Assembly: GCA_964617715.1 (NCBI GenBank)
Contig: CAZTZN010000002.1
Span: forward strand, 23,441-87,440
Reading direction: 5' to 3'
DNA length: 64,000 nucleotides
From: an uncultured Armatimonadia bacterium
GTDB taxonomy: Bacteria > Armatimonadota > Zipacnadia > Zipacnadales > UBA5352
Position 1 is the stretch's first letter. Every line of letters starts with the position of its first letter. Below, piece after piece: positions 60,337 to 64,000 of the stretch. Position numbers and translations under genes: made by a program. Under the pieces are notes generated by a model that was not told the DNA's origin, did not search any database, and saw nothing but the letters and a program-made list of their open reading frames with translations.

Positions 60337-61434
60337 TCAGATGATCTTGCGCTGCAAAATCGCCCACTCCACGGCCTTGAGCACGTAGGACAGGGCGAGC
60401 AGGCCGATGATCACGTAGAAGAAGAAGAACACCGCCGGGCTGTCGAGAGCCCGCACCCAGTCGTCCACCGGCACCTGCGACCCGAAGGCAAGCTGGTGCG
60501 CGAGTCGGGCCAGCGTCTCGATAAAGGCCGCGTAGAGCTTGCGCACGATGGGGTAGGCGGCGAGCAGCCCGATGATAGAGGCCGCTATGATCAACGGGTT
60601 GAACACGCGGAACTTGTCGCGCTGGTGCTCGTTGAAGATCGGGCACTCGCGGCACTGGCGGGTGCGCTTGACGCCTGCGGCGCGCCCGTCGGTGAGGTCC
60701 GTGCGCACGTAGGTCGCGTCCTGCTGGCCGATCTCCTTCCCCGCACCGCGGCGCAGCAGCGTCTCGATCAGGTGCGGGTCGCAGTTGCACCCCTGCCCGA
60801 TGCGCCAGCAGCTCTTGCGCGCCTTGTAGGCCGGGCACATCTCCCTGATGGCTTCGTGGCAGTAGGGCATCTCCCAGCAGCGCGCCAGGCGGTACCACGG
60901 TCGTCGGGTGGTCGAGGGCTTGGGCTTTTCGAAGCCCTGCAGCTCATCGATCCGGGCTCGTCGGGCGGGCGCCTCGCGGATGAAGTTGACGATCTCGATG
61001 AACATGCGCGCACCCACGACGAACAACATCATCTCCCCGGTGGCGTTCGCCCAGCGAGTGATGATCTGCCCCGCCTGCGCCGCCTGGCTGCTGACCTGCC
61101 CGGCCACCATCAGGGGCAGGCCGAACATGACACCGAAGCCGATGATGCCCCCGATGACCGAGTACGCGACCTCGCCGTAGGTGACGATGACGAGGCAGAC
61201 CGCCCCCAAGGCGCCGCTGCCGGCCATGATCTGGCCCATCAGCGTCAGATTGCGGAGGATGCGCTCATCCACCGGCTGTGACAGGTGGCCCCCGTACACC
61301 CCGTAGAGGATGTACGCGGTACTGGCGAGGAACAGGATGATCGCGACCTTCAGTGCGGTCGCGGCCCAGCTCACCAGCTTCGCCATCAGGTCAATGCTGA
61401 TGGTGGACGCCCCGCCGCCGCGCAATCGGCTCAC
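60337..61434 (-). CDS. Polytopic membrane protein with an 8-Cys cytoplasmic loop, hypothetical
   Basis: GTG at 61434, 20 nt after the pilT stop, with GGAAGAGAG upstream. Roughly 6 predicted TM helices. Loop RCWEMPYCHEAIREMCPAYKARKSCWRIGQGCNCD...RQCRECP. Confidence 0.55.
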   Translation of the reverse strand: MSRLRGGGASTISIDLMAKLVSWAATALKVAIILFLASTAYILYGVYGGHLSQPVDERILRNLTLMGQIMAGSGALGAVCLVIVTYGEVAYSVIGGIIGFGVMFGLPLMVAGQVSSQAAQAGQIITRWANATGEMMLFVVGARMFIEIVNFIREAPARRARIDELQGFEKPKPSTTRRPWYRLARCWEMPYCHEAIREMCPAYKARKSCWRIGQGCNCDPHLIETLLRRGAGKEIGQQDATYVRTDLTDGRAAGVKRTRQCRECPIFNEHQRDKFRVFNPLIIAASIIGLLAAYPIVRKLYAAFIETLARLAHQLAFGSQVPVDDWVRALDSPAVFFFFYVIIGLLALSYVLKAVEWAILQRKII

Positions 61435-61454
61435 CTCTCTTCCGCGTCGGACCG

Positions 61455-62708
61455 CTATCCGCCGTCGGCGATCTCCGCCGCTGCCAGGTACTCCTCGGGG
61501 ATCGGGTAGTCATCGAGGAATTGCAGCAGGTCGGACTTCTGGTTGGCGCGGTTGTAGGCTTCCTCGAAGGCGATGACGTCATCGCGCACCAGCCGCGCGA
61601 GGTTGGTCTCCAGAAGCTGCATCCCCAGGTGCTTGCTGCTCTGGATGGTCGAACGCATCTGCGAACTCTTGCGCTCGCGGATGAGGTTGCCGATGGCGGC
61701 TGAGCCGCCCGCCTCGCCCACCATGATCTCATAGGCCGCCACGCGCCCCTTGCCATCCTTCCTCGGGATCAGCTCCTCCGAGAACACGGCCATGAGCGAG
61801 GTGGAGGTCATGGCGCGGATCTCCTCCTGCTCGGAGGACGGGAAGCCGGTGACCAGCCGGTCCACGGTCTTGGGGGCGCTGACGGTGTGCAGAGTCGAGA
61901 GCACGAGGTGACCGGTCTCGGCGGCCTGCAGGCAGGCGCGCATGGTCTCGAGGTCGCGCATCTCACCGACCAGCATCACATCGGGGTCCGAACGCATGTT
62001 GCGCGTGACCGATTCGGCGAAGCTGGACACGTCCACACCCACTTCGCGCTGGTTTAGGATCGAGCGCTTGCCCACATGGTAGTACTCGATCGGGTCCTCG
62101 ATGGTGATGATATGGGTGTCGCGCTCCCGGTTGATGTAGTCAATCATGGACGCGATGGTCGTGGTCTTGCCGCACCCGGTCGGGCCGGTGAGCAGGATGA
62201 TACCGCGCGGGCGGTGCAGAAGCTCCTGAACCTGTGCCACGGGCAGGCCGAGCTGCTCGAAGGTCAGGATCTCGTCCGGGATCAACCGCAGCGCGATGGC
62301 CGGATTGCCCTTCTGCTGGAAGATGCTCACGCGGAAACGCGCGCCGCTCTCCAGCGCGGCCGCGATATCCGCCCCTCCGGTCTCATGGAACTTCTGCCAG
62401 TAACGGTTGGTGGGGTCGTCCTCGCCGATGAGGACACACGTTGCGGCCAGTGTATCCTCGTAGGTCAACTCCTTGTAGCCCTCGACGCGGTAGAGCCGGC
62501 CGTGGAGGCGGAAGACCGGCGGCTCGCCCACGGTCAGGTGCAGGTCTGACGCGCCGAGTGTCTCGCACGCCTCCATGAGCATCTCGACAACGTCTCCGTC
62601 CATGGTTCGGCCGGCCGCCGCCGTCAGATCCGGCGGCGCCTTCATGGTTCTGCGGATGAAGTCCTGGCCCATGTTCGATCTCCTCACCACGTAAGGTTGG
62701 CACGGCAC
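61455..62708 (-). CDS. pilT: Type IV pilus retraction ATPase PilT
   Basis: Walker A GPTGCGKTT, Asp/His boxes, and the PilT-specific AIGNLIRE motif. A probable ATG start at MGQDF lies 12 codons in from the track GTG. Confidence 0.85.
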   Translation of the reverse strand: MPCQPYVVRRSNMGQDFIRRTMKAPPDLTAAAGRTMDGDVVEMLMEACETLGASDLHLTVGEPPVFRLHGRLYRVEGYKELTYEDTLAATCVLIGEDDPTNRYWQKFHETGGADIAAALESGARFRVSIFQQKGNPAIALRLIPDEILTFEQLGLPVAQVQELLHRPRGIILLTGPTGCGKTTTIASMIDYINRERDTHIITIEDPIEYYHVGKRSILNQREVGVDVSSFAESVTRNMRSDPDVMLVGEMRDLETMRACLQAAETGHLVLSTLHTVSAPKTVDRLVTGFPSSEQEEIRAMTSTSLMAVFSEELIPRKDGKGRVAAYEIMVGEAGGSAAIGNLIRERKSSQMRSTIQSSKHLGMQLLETNLARLVRDDVIAFEEAYNRANQKSDLLQFLDDYPIPEEYLAAAEIADGG

Positions 62709-62758
62709 TCAATTGCCTGGTCCGGCAGGGGCCCGCCGGCGGCGGGCCGATTCGTCGC

Positions 62759-63985
62759 CTACTGCTCACGGCGCGGGCGACGCGCGCGCCGCCCCTCTTC
62801 CACGCGCTGGCGCGGGCCACTGCGGGCGGCCTCCTGCGCTATCTTCTGCGCCTCGGGCACGTCGCCACGCGCGCCACCGATGCCGGGTTGCTCACGGGCG
62901 GCCTGCTCGGCCTCGGCCGGGTCAACGCGTCGCAGCATCTGGCGCATCTCGGTGTAGTTGCCTGCGTAGAACAGGGCGTCGCGCGCGGTGATCTTGCCCT
63001 CGGTGTAGAGCTTCAGCAGAGCCTGGTTGCGCGTCTGCATCCCCCAGTAGCCCCCGTCCTGCATGACCGCATAGGCGTCGCTCGGTCGGCCCTCCTCGAT
63101 CAGCTTGGCGACGGTGGGGTTGACCACCATCACCTCGACCGCCGCCACGCGCCCCTCGGTGCCCACGCGCGGCACCAGCGACTGCGACAGCACCGCGCGC
63201 AGCGACTTGGCCATGCGCAGACAGATCTGCGCCTTCTCGTGCGGCGGGAACATGTTGATGATGCGCTCCATGGTCTCGGCGGCGCTGGCGGTGTGAACCG
63301 TCGAGAACACCAGGTGGCCGGTCTCAGCCGCCTGCATCGCCACCTGCATGGTCTCGACGTCGCGCATCTCACCGATGAGGATGATGTCCGGACTCTGACG
63401 CACCACGTATTTCATGGCGTCCTGGAAGCTCATGGTGTCAATGCCGACTTCGCGCTGGTTGACGATGCTCTTCTTGTCACGATGCACGTACTCGATGGGA
63501 TCCTCGATCGTGACGATGTTGGCCTCACGGTTCTCGTTGATATGGTTGATCATCGCGGCCAGGCTCGTGGACTTGCCGCAGCCGGTGGGCCCGGTGACCA
63601 GGCATACCCCCTGCGGGCTCATGGCTATGTCCTTGAGGACCGGCGGCAATTCCAGCTCGTCGATGGTCATGATCTCCAGCGGGATGATGCGCATGACCAG
63701 CCCGATGGTGTTCTGCTGCCTGAAGATGTTGATACGCAGGCGGCAGGCGTCACCGATGGTGAGACCCACGTCGCGCTCGGGTACCTCCTCGAACAGCTCC
63801 CACTGGCGCTCAGTCATCAGCTCCTGCGCCATCGCCTCGGTCATCTCTGCGGTCACTACCGGGTACTGGTCCCAGCGGCGGATCTTCCCTTGGGCGCGTA
63901 TGTGCGGGTGCGTGTCGGCCTTCCAGAACACGTCAGAGGCCCTGATCTCTGCCGCAGCCAGCACTACCTCTCTCCAGTCGAACAC
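62759..63985 (-). CDS. PilT/PilU-family type IV pilus ATPase (PilU-like paralog)
   Basis: Walker A GPTGCGKST and conserved HTASAAETMERIINMF. It lacks the AIRNLIRE motif and carries an Arg-rich C-terminal tail. First gene of the minus-strand pilU-pilT-membrane-protein array. Confidence 0.8.
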   Translation of the reverse strand: MFDWREVVLAAAEIRASDVFWKADTHPHIRAQGKIRRWDQYPVVTAEMTEAMAQELMTERQWELFEEVPERDVGLTIGDACRLRINIFRQQNTIGLVMRIIPLEIMTIDELELPPVLKDIAMSPQGVCLVTGPTGCGKSTSLAAMINHINENREANIVTIEDPIEYVHRDKKSIVNQREVGIDTMSFQDAMKYVVRQSPDIILIGEMRDVETMQVAMQAAETGHLVFSTVHTASAAETMERIINMFPPHEKAQICLRMAKSLRAVLSQSLVPRVGTEGRVAAVEVMVVNPTVAKLIEEGRPSDAYAVMQDGGYWGMQTRNQALLKLYTEGKITARDALFYAGNYTEMRQMLRRVDPAEAEQAAREQPGIGGARGDVPEAQKIAQEAARSGPRQRVEEGRRARRPRREQ

Positions 63986-64000
63986 GGCGTGCAGCCTCCT

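Overview
The window is high-GC bacterial DNA (about 70% GC by eye), densely packed with genes on both strands, with Shine-Dalgarno-type ribosome-binding sites. Conserved housekeeping blocks are interleaved with accessory loci.

Housekeeping blocks, each recognisable from conserved motifs in the translations:
- An eight-gene operon rimP-nusA-infB-DUF503-rbfA-nrnA-truB-ribF (13250-20891).
- argS, rpmB and mtaB.
- gyrB and gyrA, each behind its own TTGACG-N17/18-TATACT promoter and separated by a TolB-like lipoprotein gene.
- A monomeric class II ribonucleotide reductase (nrdJ).
- A seven-gene minus-strand array: membrane pyrophosphatase hppA (preceded by a terminator), then uppP, an AI-2E family transporter, wecB, a WecA-like transferase, dCMP deaminase and rpiB.

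Accessory loci:
- Two tandem zinc-ribbon membrane proteins with a Pro/Thr-rich linker.
- A secreted transglutaminase-like protein with FN3 and Ig-like domains.
- folE2 co-oriented with two unknown membrane proteins.
- A DUF1559 (H-X9-DG) prepilin-like protein, which hints at a PVC-group or Armatimonadota origin.
- A signal-peptide-bearing protein-L-isoaspartate O-methyltransferase (Pcm).
- A YcbZ/LonC-like Lon protease homolog with degenerate ATPase motifs.
- A carbohydrate cluster at 27989-35402: GHL10-like hydrolase, alpha/beta hydrolase, a second TIM-barrel glycosidase-like protein, sugar-phosphate isomerase, glycerophosphodiester phosphodiesterase (GDPD) and a secreted protein.
- An orphan GAF histidine kinase.
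- A CHASE2 adenylate cyclase divergent from a FecR-domain protein.
- A pilU/pilT pair co-transcribed with a polytopic, cysteine-rich membrane protein.

I found no rRNA, tRNA, CRISPR array or mobile element.

The observations I rate most worth a second look:
- NusA carries a C-terminal domain paralogous to the IF2 N-terminal domain.
- The pilT/pilU operon includes an 8-cysteine membrane protein.
- The rimP-nusA leader has a promoter followed by a hairpin with an interrupted U tract (candidate attenuator).
- The Lon-like protease is predicted to be ATPase-dead.
- nrdJ has a 320-nt leader with direct repeats and is coupled to a SagB-type dehydrogenase.
- gyrB has a long structured leader.

The many long ORFs antisense to real genes are GC-bias artefacts.
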